Below, piece after piece: positions 1 through 8,872 of a stretch of 64,000 bases of DNA. A program made the position numbers and the translations under genes. The stretch's first letter is position 1, and every line of letters begins with the position of its first letter. The stretch lies in NCBI GenBank assembly GCA_964464605.1, contig CAYXJN010000005.1:124001-188000 (forward strand). Reading direction: 5' to 3'. Below the pieces are notes generated by a model. The model did no database searches. It saw only the letters and a program-made list of their open reading frames with translations, and was not told the origin of the DNA. The stretch comes from an uncultured Ignavibacteriales bacterium. GTDB taxonomy: Bacteria > Zixibacteria > MSB-5A5 > GN15 > FEB-12.

Positions 1-1
1 G

Positions 2-601
2 ATTCGCCGTTATCCCGATCTGTTTGTGCATCGTTTGCTTCGCAATATCAAACCGGGCGGCTATTCACCGACTCTTTCCAAAAATATTATCTCTGTCATC
101 GATAAAGTCGGTGAGCATTGTTCTGAAATGGAGCGGATGGCCGAACAAGCCGAACGGGACGCTGTCAAGATCAAGCAGGTTGCGTATATGGAGCAGCATG
201 TCGGCAATGAGTACGGCGGCCGTGTTTCCGGTGTTATGGCGTATGGTTTCTTTGTCCGGTTGGATAATTTGGGTGCTGAAGGGATGGTCAGGCTTTCGAC
301 AATCGACGATGACTATTATCAATATGATGAGAAGGGGTATCGGATAGTTGGTGTGCATACCGGAAGAATTTTCCGGCTTGGGGATACGGTACGTGTGCAG
401 GTTTTGCGCGTCGACAGAATGCGAAACGAAATCGACCTCCAGTTGGTACAAGATAAAGAGACCTCAAAGTCGCAGCGCACACGGACAACGGGGTCACGCA
501 CAAAGGTACCGGCAAAAAAGCATGGAAAACCGATACCGGCACCGCGAGGGAGAAGAAACCGTCTAAAAGGGAAGCGCAAAGGAATGCCGAAGCGCAGATA
601 A
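2..601 (+). CDS. rnr: Ribonuclease R, 3' part (5'-truncated by window)
   Basis: Frame 2 from base 2 reads IRRYPDLFVHR (RNase II/R signature), followed by an S1 domain (GFFVRL..AEGMV..LGDTVRVQV) and a basic K/R-rich tail typical of RNase R. Confidence 0.93.
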   Translation: MRRYPDLFVHRLLRNIKPGGYSPTLSKNIISVIDKVGEHCSEMERMAEQAERDAVKIKQVAYMEQHVGNEYGGRVSGVMAYGFFVRLDNLGAEGMVRLSTIDDDYYQYDEKGYRIVGVHTGRIFRLGDTVRVQVLRVDRMRNEIDLQLVQDKETSKSQRTRTTGSRTKVPAKKHGKPIPAPRGRRNRLKGKRKGMPKRR

Positions 602-605
602 TTGT

Positions 606-2015
606 ATGGTACAACGAATAATCATACTGCTGGCCGAAACTGCCACCGCATCCGAAAAGGATATCTGGAAATCGATCGGTTCCGTTACCACATCGCTGCC
701 TGATGTATTGGGTATGGTCAAGGATCGTGTACTCGATTTACTGATTGTCGATGGGCGCCGAACCGATATCAACCGGACCACGGCAGGCAAAATTCGCCGA
801 ACGAACGGACTCACCGAAATCTGGTTATACGCAAGTCATGAATTCACCGGCACGCATCCGGAGTTTTTCGACGGTGTTGTCGACAGTGATTTGCCGCAAT
901 CGGAACTGGTGAAAAAGATAAAACAGATTTTAGCCGGAAAAGACCTGCTCAAGCAGTATGCGCTTGTAAGCCGATCCGCGAAAATGAAAGGGATCGCCGA
1001 AACAATCGAGCGTATCGCCCCGACCGATGTTCCGGTGTTAATCGTCGGACCATCCGGTTCAGGCAAAGAGCTCATTGCCCGGGCACTGCATAATGATTCA
1101 CCGCGCAAAGACCGGCCGTTTGTCGCTATCAATGTCGGCGCATTGGCTGAAGGGATTCTCGAATCGGAACTATTCGGTCATGAAAGAGGCGCCTTCACCG
1201 GTTCAGTCGGTAAACGGGAAGGTCTGTTTCATAAAGCGGAAGGGGGCAGCCTGTTTTTGGATGAAATAGGTGAGATGAAACCGGACATGCAGGTCAAACT
1301 GCTACGGGTGTTAGAAGATGGCACGTATTACCCGGTCGGGTCATCGACTCCGCAGCGATCCAATGTGCGGGTCATTTCCGCTACTAATCGTGATTTAACA
1401 GAAGCAATAGAGGAGCGTCAGTTTCGAGAAGACTTATATTTCCGTATCGGCGTGGTAAAAATTATTCTGCCGCCGCTGATGGAACGAAAAGAGGATATCC
1501 AGCCGTTGCTGAAATTTTTCTGGCGTTCACACCCAAAACTCGGTTATACCGATTCGGCATTAGAACGGCTCACCCAATACAGCTGGCCGGGGAATATCCG
1601 CCAGTTACGCAACTTTGCCGAACGGATGATTGCCTTTAAACCGGAAGGGTTGGTAGACAGCGAGGATGTGGAAGCATTTTTGGTGGAAGGGAGCCGACAG
1701 TCGCGGAATCTTCCGGTCTATACCGGAAAAAGCTCGGAAGAAGCAGGGCAGGAACTTATTTATCGGGCGATACTCTCGCTCGGCAACGAAGTTCGCCTGT
1801 TGCGCGATCTGATTACCGCGCATATTCCGGCTGATGCCGAAGCTGCCGGAACAGGTCCGGCGGGTGGTTCGGGTGGAAGTATGGAGCTTATGGAGCGGGA
1901 ACTGATTGAGCGCACCTTAAGCAGCGTACGCGGCAATCGCAAGGAAGCAGCCCGTCGCTTAGGGATTGGCGAAAGAACACTCTATCGAAAGATCAAAAAG
2001 TATAATTTGAGTTAA
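606..2015 (+). CDS. Sigma-54-dependent Fis-family transcriptional activator (bEBP)
   Basis: Walker A GPSGSGKE, ESELFGHERGAFTGS loop, LFLDEIGEM, FREDLYFR, WPGNIRQL, C-terminal Fis HTH (AARRLGIGERTLYRK); N-terminal domain divergent. Confidence 0.92.
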   Translation: MVQRIIILLAETATASEKDIWKSIGSVTTSLPDVLGMVKDRVLDLLIVDGRRTDINRTTAGKIRRTNGLTEIWLYASHEFTGTHPEFFDGVVDSDLPQSELVKKIKQILAGKDLLKQYALVSRSAKMKGIAETIERIAPTDVPVLIVGPSGSGKELIARALHNDSPRKDRPFVAINVGALAEGILESELFGHERGAFTGSVGKREGLFHKAEGGSLFLDEIGEMKPDMQVKLLRVLEDGTYYPVGSSTPQRSNVRVISATNRDLTEAIEERQFREDLYFRIGVVKIILPPLMERKEDIQPLLKFFWRSHPKLGYTDSALERLTQYSWPGNIRQLRNFAERMIAFKPEGLVDSEDVEAFLVEGSRQSRNLPVYTGKSSEEAGQELIYRAILSLGNEVRLLRDLITAHIPADAEAAGTGPAGGSGGSMELMERELIERTLSSVRGNRKEAARRLGIGERTLYRKIKKYNLS

Positions 2016-2025
2016 TGTAAACATA

Positions 2026-3654
2026 GTGCGCACGGGGATAGGGGTTTTACTTTTCTTGGGGCTATGTTGCATCCTGCCGGGATACGGGCAGGAAATATCT
2101 ACTGCTATTTATCCGACTGAAGAAGAGCTTGAGCAGGCGTTTGCGAATCAGGAAATCGACGCAGCGCAGTTTATCGAATTGCGGGAGCTAATCCGGTTCG
2201 GGATCGATTCGTCGCACAGTTACTTGTTTGATGTCATTCCCAATCTCCTATATAGCAGCAGAATTTTCGGGTTGTTAGAGGCGCTGCAAGCGCAGCCATT
2301 TCAAAAAGCGCCAGTAGCAGATGGATTCCCGCGCGTGACGTGGAAGCTTTCGTATGCTCGGCGGTTGGAAGGGGATAGTTTGTACCGACATTTCGAATCG
2401 ATGCAAACGCAATTCAATCATCATGTTTCCTCTGATATCAAATTAGGGAAAGAGTACACATCAGATATCCGGATGCTGTCTCGATCAGTTACGTATCAAA
2501 ACAAACAGCGTTCACTGCGGAAGGTTATAGCCGGAAATTACTACACCCGATTTGGATTGGGGGGAGTGATAGGGTATCGAAGTCCTATTACTCAATCAGA
2601 AGAATCATTTACGGATGAGTCAGTACTGTTTCCTGATTATACCGGCTACAACGGTCTTTTTGTCGACAGCCGAATCGATGGACGCAAATATATCGGGCTG
2701 CTGTCCGTTCAGCGTGATTCTGCGCATGCAATGGTGACCGGTGCCGGATTGATTGGTTTGTCGGCGAATTCTCGGATTCCGGAATTGATTGTTTCAGTAA
2801 CTTCGGTTCGCAGCCGTTCGACCCATGTATCCCGTGCAATCGCAACCGGTTCATTGTTTACCACACAGATGTATAAAGCAGGTCATTTGAATGCTGAAGT
2901 AATGGCGCAAGGGGATGAAGAGCTGTATCCGGCAGGAGCGTTGGTTTCGGGAGTGCATCGATCGAGTGATATCTCCATCTCTTATCGGGGTTGGTTGTAC
3001 AGTGATAAGTTTATTGACATGACCAGCGGCGGGTATTCCGGACGGGTGCGACGGGAAAATGAAATCGAGCAGGTATCGTTAGCGTTTTCGGATCGGCATC
3101 GCGGGCAGGAAGGGTTTACGGTTCGTACCTCGGCAGATGTAGGACACGGAAGGAAGTTTTTAGCCGATGGGACGGTAGCTTCGGTCAATGCAGACACCGT
3201 TGACATTCAATTGCTGCTCGGCCTGACCGCGCCGCTTGGCAAGGTTGCGGATGGCCGCATCGATTATCTGGCGACTGACAAGATGCATAATGGTGCAGCG
3301 GGTGCGCCGTCGAGAACGATTCATCAGATTCGAACGGAGGCTACCTTCCGGCTTGGCAGATTCAGTTCGCGGCAGTATATTGCTGTTCGTTGGGATGACA
3401 ACGCAGGGCAACTGGGCATATTTTGCAATCCCCGATACACCCTGAATAACAACGCGGAAATAGAGGCATGGTATTCCGGCCGCGGCGCGGCTTTGAACGA
3501 TGCAGACAGCGGATATTCCTATATGTTCATTCGTACTACGTATCACGTATTCACCAACGGTCTATTCTCGGTCAAGTTTTCGCACCGGTTCGATCAGGAA
3601 AACGGTTCAGGCGGCCAGAGTACGGTTACCGGAAATCTGGAATTGGTATGGTAA
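2026..3654 (+). CDS. Secreted or outer-membrane beta-barrel-like protein, FCB-type
   Basis: Signal peptide, amphipathic beta-strand pattern, C-terminal aromatic residue (LELVW); motif VIAGNYYTRFGLG resembles FCB helix-hairpin-helix barrel proteins. Confidence 0.55.
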   Translation: MRTGIGVLLFLGLCCILPGYGQEISTAIYPTEEELEQAFANQEIDAAQFIELRELIRFGIDSSHSYLFDVIPNLLYSSRIFGLLEALQAQPFQKAPVADGFPRVTWKLSYARRLEGDSLYRHFESMQTQFNHHVSSDIKLGKEYTSDIRMLSRSVTYQNKQRSLRKVIAGNYYTRFGLGGVIGYRSPITQSEESFTDESVLFPDYTGYNGLFVDSRIDGRKYIGLLSVQRDSAHAMVTGAGLIGLSANSRIPELIVSVTSVRSRSTHVSRAIATGSLFTTQMYKAGHLNAEVMAQGDEELYPAGALVSGVHRSSDISISYRGWLYSDKFIDMTSGGYSGRVRRENEIEQVSLAFSDRHRGQEGFTVRTSADVGHGRKFLADGTVASVNADTVDIQLLLGLTAPLGKVADGRIDYLATDKMHNGAAGAPSRTIHQIRTEATFRLGRFSSRQYIAVRWDDNAGQLGIFCNPRYTLNNNAEIEAWYSGRGAALNDADSGYSYMFIRTTYHVFTNGLFSVKFSHRFDQENGSGGQSTVTGNLELVW

Positions 3655-5261
3655 AACTGCTCAGACTGTTTTTATCAACTCTCTGTTTGGGTTCGCTCTG
3701 GTGTACGCCTGCTGATTGCCGGGTTATTGTCAATGAGGTATTCGCAAACCCGCACAACGGGAAAAACGCATTAAAGTGGATTGAACTGTATAATGATGCT
3801 TTAGTCGGTGCTTCGCTGGCCGGATACCGGATAGAAACTTCGACCCGCTCCCTATGGTTTCCCGATACCCTTATTATTCAACCGAGGACCTATTTTATTA
3901 TTTGTCATCAATTGATTTCATCACCAAGCGATCTCGGATTTGAAGCAATTTGGGGAAATAGTTCCGGAGTCTGGGGAGATACTGATGCGGAGGATGAAGA
4001 TGCAATCTTTGAAGCCCCGCTTCTCTTGGTCGTTGCAGCAGATTATGTAGAACTCTATGATTCCCTAAATCAGCTTGAATCAGCAATGACCTGGAACAGC
4101 AGTATCGATGCCGGCATATCATTGGAGCGTGTCCATCCGGATTCGGTATCAGCGTATCTCTGCGAAGATCCGATTGGCGCAACACCGGGCGCGGCTAATT
4201 CGATTACGCCGATGGGGTCTGATCTTGCAATAAGTCAGCCGGTCGTACGTAGTCTACTGGGCAATGCGAATGTTCAGTTTGAAGTTACAAATCGCGGGCT
4301 CGATACCGTTCAGGGCGCAACGCTCACTATTGTTTCCGATAGCACGGATACGATTGCATCGCTCGTAGTAAACGAACTCTCTCCCGGTGAAAGCAGTGAA
4401 ATCACCTGGCAGGAACAGTTCGACGGTATGTACGTAGACCTTGAAGCAAGGCTGAGCGCGGATGACCGTGAACGGAACAACACCGTTTCCTTTGTTGTCC
4501 CCGGCATACTATTTCCGGCTTTTGCGCTTTCGGAGATCGCACCCTCTGAACGGGATGGTATTCTTTCCGAATGGATAGAGTTGCAAAAGCGCATTGATTT
4601 ACCATGGGACATTGCCGGGTGGAAACTTCGCACCGAGCGGGGAGAAACCGTTATTGCGGAGTTTACCGAGTTGATATCGGATGATTTTCTTGTTTTAGCC
4701 GAGGATGCAGGCCGGTTTGATATCAGCTATCCGGAAGTTGATGCCCATGTGTTGGAGCCGATCGATTGGATTGAATTGATTAATGATCATGGGACTGTTG
4801 CATTGTATGACCCGTTCGGAATCCTTGCCGACAGTTTCAGTTATTCTAACGGCGATGATGTGCTTATCTGGTCAAGAACGGATACTTCCCTGCAAAGCAT
4901 TTGGGGAGTATCAAATCCACTGCTCGGCTCACCGGGTGCACCGAATGATGTGATGACTGCTGCCGATTCGCTGCTTTCACTGTCGGTCGATCCGAAGATT
5001 CTTGGGACGGATGACCGTGAGGATGCCCAAATGCATATTACGTTCACTGCTCCGCCGGATGAAGCCATTACACTTAAAATTTTCGACAGAGGCGGAAAGG
5101 AAGTTCGCCAATTTTATGATAATGAGGCTACCGCAACGCGGTTTCTGGTTTGGACAGGACGGGATGATGACAACGGTCGTTTGCCGGTCGGCATATACAT
5201 TTTGTATTTGCAGGCGGGATCAGCAAAAGCGATAAAACAACCGGTGGTGATTGCGCGGTAA
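3648..5261 (+). CDS. Secreted lamin-tail-domain protein with CARDB-like and C-terminal FlgD-Ig (T9SS-CTD-like) domain
   Basis: Start re-called to ATG 3648, which gives a signal peptide (MVKLLRLFLSTLC). Two LTD-like repeats (VIVNEVF..KWIELYN; LSEIAP..EWIEL..IAGWKL), TPGAANS/SPGAPN motifs, C-terminal LKIFDRGG..WTGRDDDNGRLPVGIYIL. Confidence 0.75.
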   Translation: MVKLLRLFLSTLCLGSLWCTPADCRVIVNEVFANPHNGKNALKWIELYNDALVGASLAGYRIETSTRSLWFPDTLIIQPRTYFIICHQLISSPSDLGFEAIWGNSSGVWGDTDAEDEDAIFEAPLLLVVAADYVELYDSLNQLESAMTWNSSIDAGISLERVHPDSVSAYLCEDPIGATPGAANSITPMGSDLAISQPVVRSLLGNANVQFEVTNRGLDTVQGATLTIVSDSTDTIASLVVNELSPGESSEITWQEQFDGMYVDLEARLSADDRERNNTVSFVVPGILFPAFALSEIAPSERDGILSEWIELQKRIDLPWDIAGWKLRTERGETVIAEFTELISDDFLVLAEDAGRFDISYPEVDAHVLEPIDWIELINDHGTVALYDPFGILADSFSYSNGDDVLIWSRTDTSLQSIWGVSNPLLGSPGAPNDVMTAADSLLSLSVDPKILGTDDREDAQMHITFTAPPDEAITLKIFDRGGKEVRQFYDNEATATRFLVWTGRDDDNGRLPVGIYILYLQAGSAKAIKQPVVIAR

Positions 5262-5264
5262 GGT

Positions 5265-6083
5265 ATGCGATTATTACGACTGCTGGTTTTCTCATCATTG
5301 ATTGTGACTTTATTGCAGTCGAATCTCTGCGCGTTTGAGCTATTACGCGGAGTACCGAACGGACTGGGTAATTCGGTTGCGCTCAGCAGACCTTCTTTGT
5401 TTTCACTGACTCAGACAGCATCCGGGGCGCTAAAACAGGGACAGGGGATAGTTACCGTCGCAGCTAACCGGAAATTTGATTTAAAAGAATTTGACCAGTA
5501 TGCAATCGGGTTTGGTTTGCACTTTTCGCAACTTCACACCGGGCTGTTAATGAGTAGTTTTGGTGAATCGGATTTATACGCAGAAAGAAGTGGTCAGTTA
5601 CTTGTAGCATATCAGTATGATTCACTGATTATCGGTGGTACTGTTTCAGGAATGATAATGGAGTTCGGCGGTGGTTTCGACAATCTGTCTGCGTATACAT
5701 TCGGGCTGACTGCTACGTGGCGGTCGAAATATATTATCGGATCAATTGCGGTCGATAACCTGACCGAACCGAAACCGTCTGAAATGAGTACCGAGTACCA
5801 GCGTGTGGTTTCGCTATTCGGGGAGTATCGAAACGGAGAAAAGTTCTCGTTAACCGGGAAAGCTATGATTGAAAATGAGGAGGTTGAATTCGGATTCGGG
5901 CAACGCTTGCAGCTTTCGCCGCATGGGGAATTACTTTTGGGTGTTTCGACCGGGCCATTTCAATATGGAGGCGGAGTAAACTTGTTTTGGAAACAGTTTG
6001 GCTTGGTGTACGCGGTTGCCTATCACCCGGATTTGGGTTTATCGCACACGGTTTCTCTCTTGACTCTCTTTCGCATGCAATAG
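5265..6083 (+). CDS. Outer-membrane beta-barrel, PorV/PorQ-like
   Basis: Signal peptide, alternating hydrophobic strands, C-terminal YAVAYHPDLGLSHTVSL motif typical of this FCB family. Confidence 0.6.
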   Translation: MRLLRLLVFSSLIVTLLQSNLCAFELLRGVPNGLGNSVALSRPSLFSLTQTASGALKQGQGIVTVAANRKFDLKEFDQYAIGFGLHFSQLHTGLLMSSFGESDLYAERSGQLLVAYQYDSLIIGGTVSGMIMEFGGGFDNLSAYTFGLTATWRSKYIIGSIAVDNLTEPKPSEMSTEYQRVVSLFGEYRNGEKFSLTGKAMIENEEVEFGFGQRLQLSPHGELLLGVSTGPFQYGGGVNLFWKQFGLVYAVAYHPDLGLSHTVSLLTLFRMQ

Positions 6084-6096
6084 CTATCTTATACCT

Positions 6097-7233
6097 ATGA
6101 TTACCCGCGAAATATTCGAACAGCAGGAACAGACACGACTCGCGCCGTATGCCACCAAATCCGGCGAGTCACGCGGACGAGCCTATTCGATTCCACTTCA
6201 TCCCCTGCGTACAGAGTTTCAGCGAGACCGTGACCGGGTAATTCATTCAACTGCGTTTCGGCGGCTCGAATACAAAACGCAGGTATTTATTCCGCATGAA
6301 CGGGATCATAACCGGACACGGTTGACCCACACCATAGAAGTAGCGCAAATCAGCCGGACTTTGGCGCGAGTATTGCAGCTCAATGATGATTTAGCCGAAG
6401 CGGTGGCGTTGGCGCATGATTTGGGACATACCCCGTTCGGCCATGCCGGTGAGGATGTGTTAAGCACATTGTTACAAGAACATGGCGGGTTTAATCATAA
6501 CCGCCAGTCGCTACGTATTGTCGAATTGCTTGAGCAGCGGTATCCGGAATATCCCGGACTCAATCTGACCTATGAAGTGCGGGAAGGGCTAATCAAGCAT
6601 GAAACGCACGGCAAAGTCGTACCGCAAGAATTTCATCCGGAAGAGAATACTACAATAGAAGCATCAATAGCCGATGTCGCCGATGAAATCGCCTACAACG
6701 CGCATGATATCGATGACGGGCTGGCTTCGGGGTTCCTCAGTATAGCCGATATCAAAAAATCCCCGTTTTACGAAACGCTGCATCTGGTACCGGAAGGAAA
6801 AACCCTGCCCGATGATATGTTCCGCCATGAATTAGTGCGCCGATTGGTGGATGCAATGGTTCGGGATGTGCTGAGTGAAACCAGCCGCCGGTTGTCAGAA
6901 AATAAGATTTCAGATTTCAAAGCGGTCAGACAAAGCAAATATCGCCTATGTGATTATTCGGCGGATATGAAACAGACGGTGTTCAGTATTAAAGGATTTT
7001 TGAGTGAGCGGTTGTATCGACATCCGCATTTGGTGCAGATGTCACAGCGGGCAGAAAAAATTATTACGGCACTCTTCGCCGCGCTACTGAAAGACCCATC
7101 ACAATTACCTGATCGATTCAGGGCGATGCTTAATTCTGAAAAGCAGGAACTGGTTATCGCCGATTATATCGCCGGTATGACCGACCGATATGCGGAGAAG
7201 ATATACCAGACATTGACGGGGAAGTCGATATGA
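6097..7233 (+). CDS. dgt: Deoxyguanosinetriphosphate triphosphohydrolase (HD family)
   Basis: FQRDRDRVIHSTAFRRLEYKTQVF, RTRLTHTIEV, HDLGHTPFGHAGE, DYIAGMTDRYA. Confidence 0.95.
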   Translation: MITREIFEQQEQTRLAPYATKSGESRGRAYSIPLHPLRTEFQRDRDRVIHSTAFRRLEYKTQVFIPHERDHNRTRLTHTIEVAQISRTLARVLQLNDDLAEAVALAHDLGHTPFGHAGEDVLSTLLQEHGGFNHNRQSLRIVELLEQRYPEYPGLNLTYEVREGLIKHETHGKVVPQEFHPEENTTIEASIADVADEIAYNAHDIDDGLASGFLSIADIKKSPFYETLHLVPEGKTLPDDMFRHELVRRLVDAMVRDVLSETSRRLSENKISDFKAVRQSKYRLCDYSADMKQTVFSIKGFLSERLYRHPHLVQMSQRAEKIITALFAALLKDPSQLPDRFRAMLNSEKQELVIADYIAGMTDRYAEKIYQTLTGKSI

Positions 7234-7859
7234 AAAACAGCCACTTCTTGTTGGCTTTCGGATTTTGCTTTGTCACTTTGGTTTGTTGCATTGCGTTCTC
7301 ACAAAATCAAAAACCGCAATTTGTTGAAGTTGGACTAAGTCCGGCAAGGCTTGGCCCTCATGAACTTGAAATTTGGGCAGGTCATCGCCTTACAAACAAC
7401 GAATTGATGGCACTGGGAACCGATACGATCCGTACTACCTATGTAATGTATCTTTTTGACGAAGATAGCAATCGCGTCATTAATAAGTGGGATTTAGAGG
7501 ATTATGGATCGCTCTACGAGCTGAGAACAGCATCACACATACTTTTATTGTGGGAAGTCGAGGGAGAGTACTTTTCGTGGCTTCCGCTGTACGTCTTCAA
7601 TTTGAAAAATAAGCAATTGGCATATGCTGGGGATTTTAAGGTGTCATTGGAAGTCGATTACTATGCCGAATACACACCCTATGCCGTCCAAGACATCAAT
7701 ATTGAATCTTCCGATACGACTTTCACTTTCAAATTCACAAAAAAACTGAGCCTGAATCCCGGTGAAGATGACTCGAAAGTCGCTGATTCATTAATCTACG
7801 AACTCGACCTTCGTACGAATGAGCTTCGTGTCGCAGAGTTGTGGACGACCAATAAATAA
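7230..7859 (+). CDS. Hypothetical exported protein
   Basis: 209-aa ORF overlapping the dgt stop (ATGA); N-terminal signal peptide; no recognised domain. Confidence 0.6.
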   Translation: MKNSHFLLAFGFCFVTLVCCIAFSQNQKPQFVEVGLSPARLGPHELEIWAGHRLTNNELMALGTDTIRTTYVMYLFDEDSNRVINKWDLEDYGSLYELRTASHILLLWEVEGEYFSWLPLYVFNLKNKQLAYAGDFKVSLEVDYYAEYTPYAVQDINIESSDTTFTFKFTKKLSLNPGEDDSKVADSLIYELDLRTNELRVAELWTTNK

Positions 7860-7952
7860 GTACTGATTCCCGTCCAACTTTTCCCAGTCCCACAAGAAAA
7901 TCTTTCCATCGCATCGTTTCAGGCGGCCAGTTTGGGCCATTTCGTCACATCG

Positions 7953-7965
7953 TAACCTATTGAAT
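7953..7965. promoter_or_regulatory. Putative IHF site upstream of the first flagellar sigma-54 promoter
   Basis: TAACCTATTGAAT is one mismatch from the reverse IHF consensus YAANNNNTTGATW and lies about 30 bp upstream of the -24 box. Confidence 0.4.
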
Positions 7966-7994
7966 CACAACAATCTTTTGTCTCGCCGTGAATT

Positions 7995-8010
7995 TGGCAC
8001 GCGGCTTGTA
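7995..8010 (+). promoter_or_regulatory. Putative sigma-54 promoter of the hook/switch operon
   Basis: TGGCAC-GCGGC-TTGTA versus consensus TGGCAC-N5-TTGCW, about 100 bp before the first flagellar gene. Confidence 0.6.
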
Positions 8011-8107
8011 TTACCGGCGGTGTGAAAAAGGATTTTTTAAAACGAATTATGAAGAACAGACAGACTAACCTTCTGATCGCAAACCATGGCATCACAGGAG
8101 TGCTCGC

Positions 8108-8872
8108 TTGGTAAAGATGATCATCATCGGCGTAAGCGGCCTTGTTGTTGCCTTAGGGCTCACCGTCGGCGCGCTTTTGTTCCTTGGCAAAAAGGAAGCA
8201 GCAGTCACTGCGGATAAAACTACAGCGACAGCCGACAGCACGAAAGCGACCAGGGAACATCAGCCGTCGCAAACTACTCCTGCAACCGGACATGCTGAAC
8301 CAAGTCATGACGCCGTTAACACGCAAACTCCGCATGACACGGCGATGGATACTGCGTTGACTGCACAGGGACTGAGCGAAACCGATTTACACGCGATCGA
8401 CAATATAGTCGCAAATTTGCAGTCTATCGATGTTCCGCTTGAAACACCGATAACAGACACGACCAAAAAAGCGACAACGTCGCCGACTTCTACTTCTAAT
8501 GCGTCCACAACGACATCTACATCTACTGATACCTCCGCGCTGGCCTCTAAAGAAGCTTCCTTAGCCAAACGTGAGAAAGCATTGGAAGAGCTTCAGAAGT
8601 CACTGGAAAAACGGGAACAGGAAATTGCCCGTAAGATGTTAGTGATCGATCAGGCGCAGTCGAACCGTGTCGCTACGCTCGCCAAATTATATGACAGTAT
8701 GGATCCGAGTCAGGCCGCAGCCGTGATGCAGGGTATAGACGATGAAACCATCGTCATGATTTTACCGCGTATGAAAACGCAGAATGCCGCCGGTGTACTG
8801 TCGCAATTGCCGCCGCAGCGCGCATCGCTGTTGTCCAAGAAAATGATTTCAATCGCGGATGAAGGATTATGA
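8108..8872 (+). CDS. MotE/FlbB-like flagellar protein (TM, linker, coiled coil, MgtE_N-like domain)
   Basis: AGGAG then TTG start; N-terminal TM; C-terminal LAKLYDSMDPSQAAAVM..ILPRMK..AAGVLSQLPP; located before fliK. Confidence 0.75.
   Translation: MVKMIIIGVSGLVVALGLTVGALLFLGKKEAAVTADKTTATADSTKATREHQPSQTTPATGHAEPSHDAVNTQTPHDTAMDTALTAQGLSETDLHAIDNIVANLQSIDVPLETPITDTTKKATTSPTSTSNASTTTSTSTDTSALASKEASLAKREKALEELQKSLEKREQEIARKMLVIDQAQSNRVATLAKLYDSMDPSQAAAVMQGIDDETIVMILPRMKTQNAAGVLSQLPPQRASLLSKKMISIADEGL

Noticed and set aside
3468..3647. Long N-terminal extensions in the ORF track (also 17677, 31546, 39108, 47861, 55714, 58246)
   Set aside because: They overlap neighbours or promoters; downstream ATGs give proper signal peptides, SD sites or family-typical N-termini
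6097..7233. dGTPase as an anti-phage gene
   Set aside because: Short housekeeping-type dgt with host-like composition in a core operon
8440..8545. Thr/Ser-rich low-complexity tract in the motE-like gene
   Set aside because: Ordinary flexible linker, not a true tandem DNA repeat
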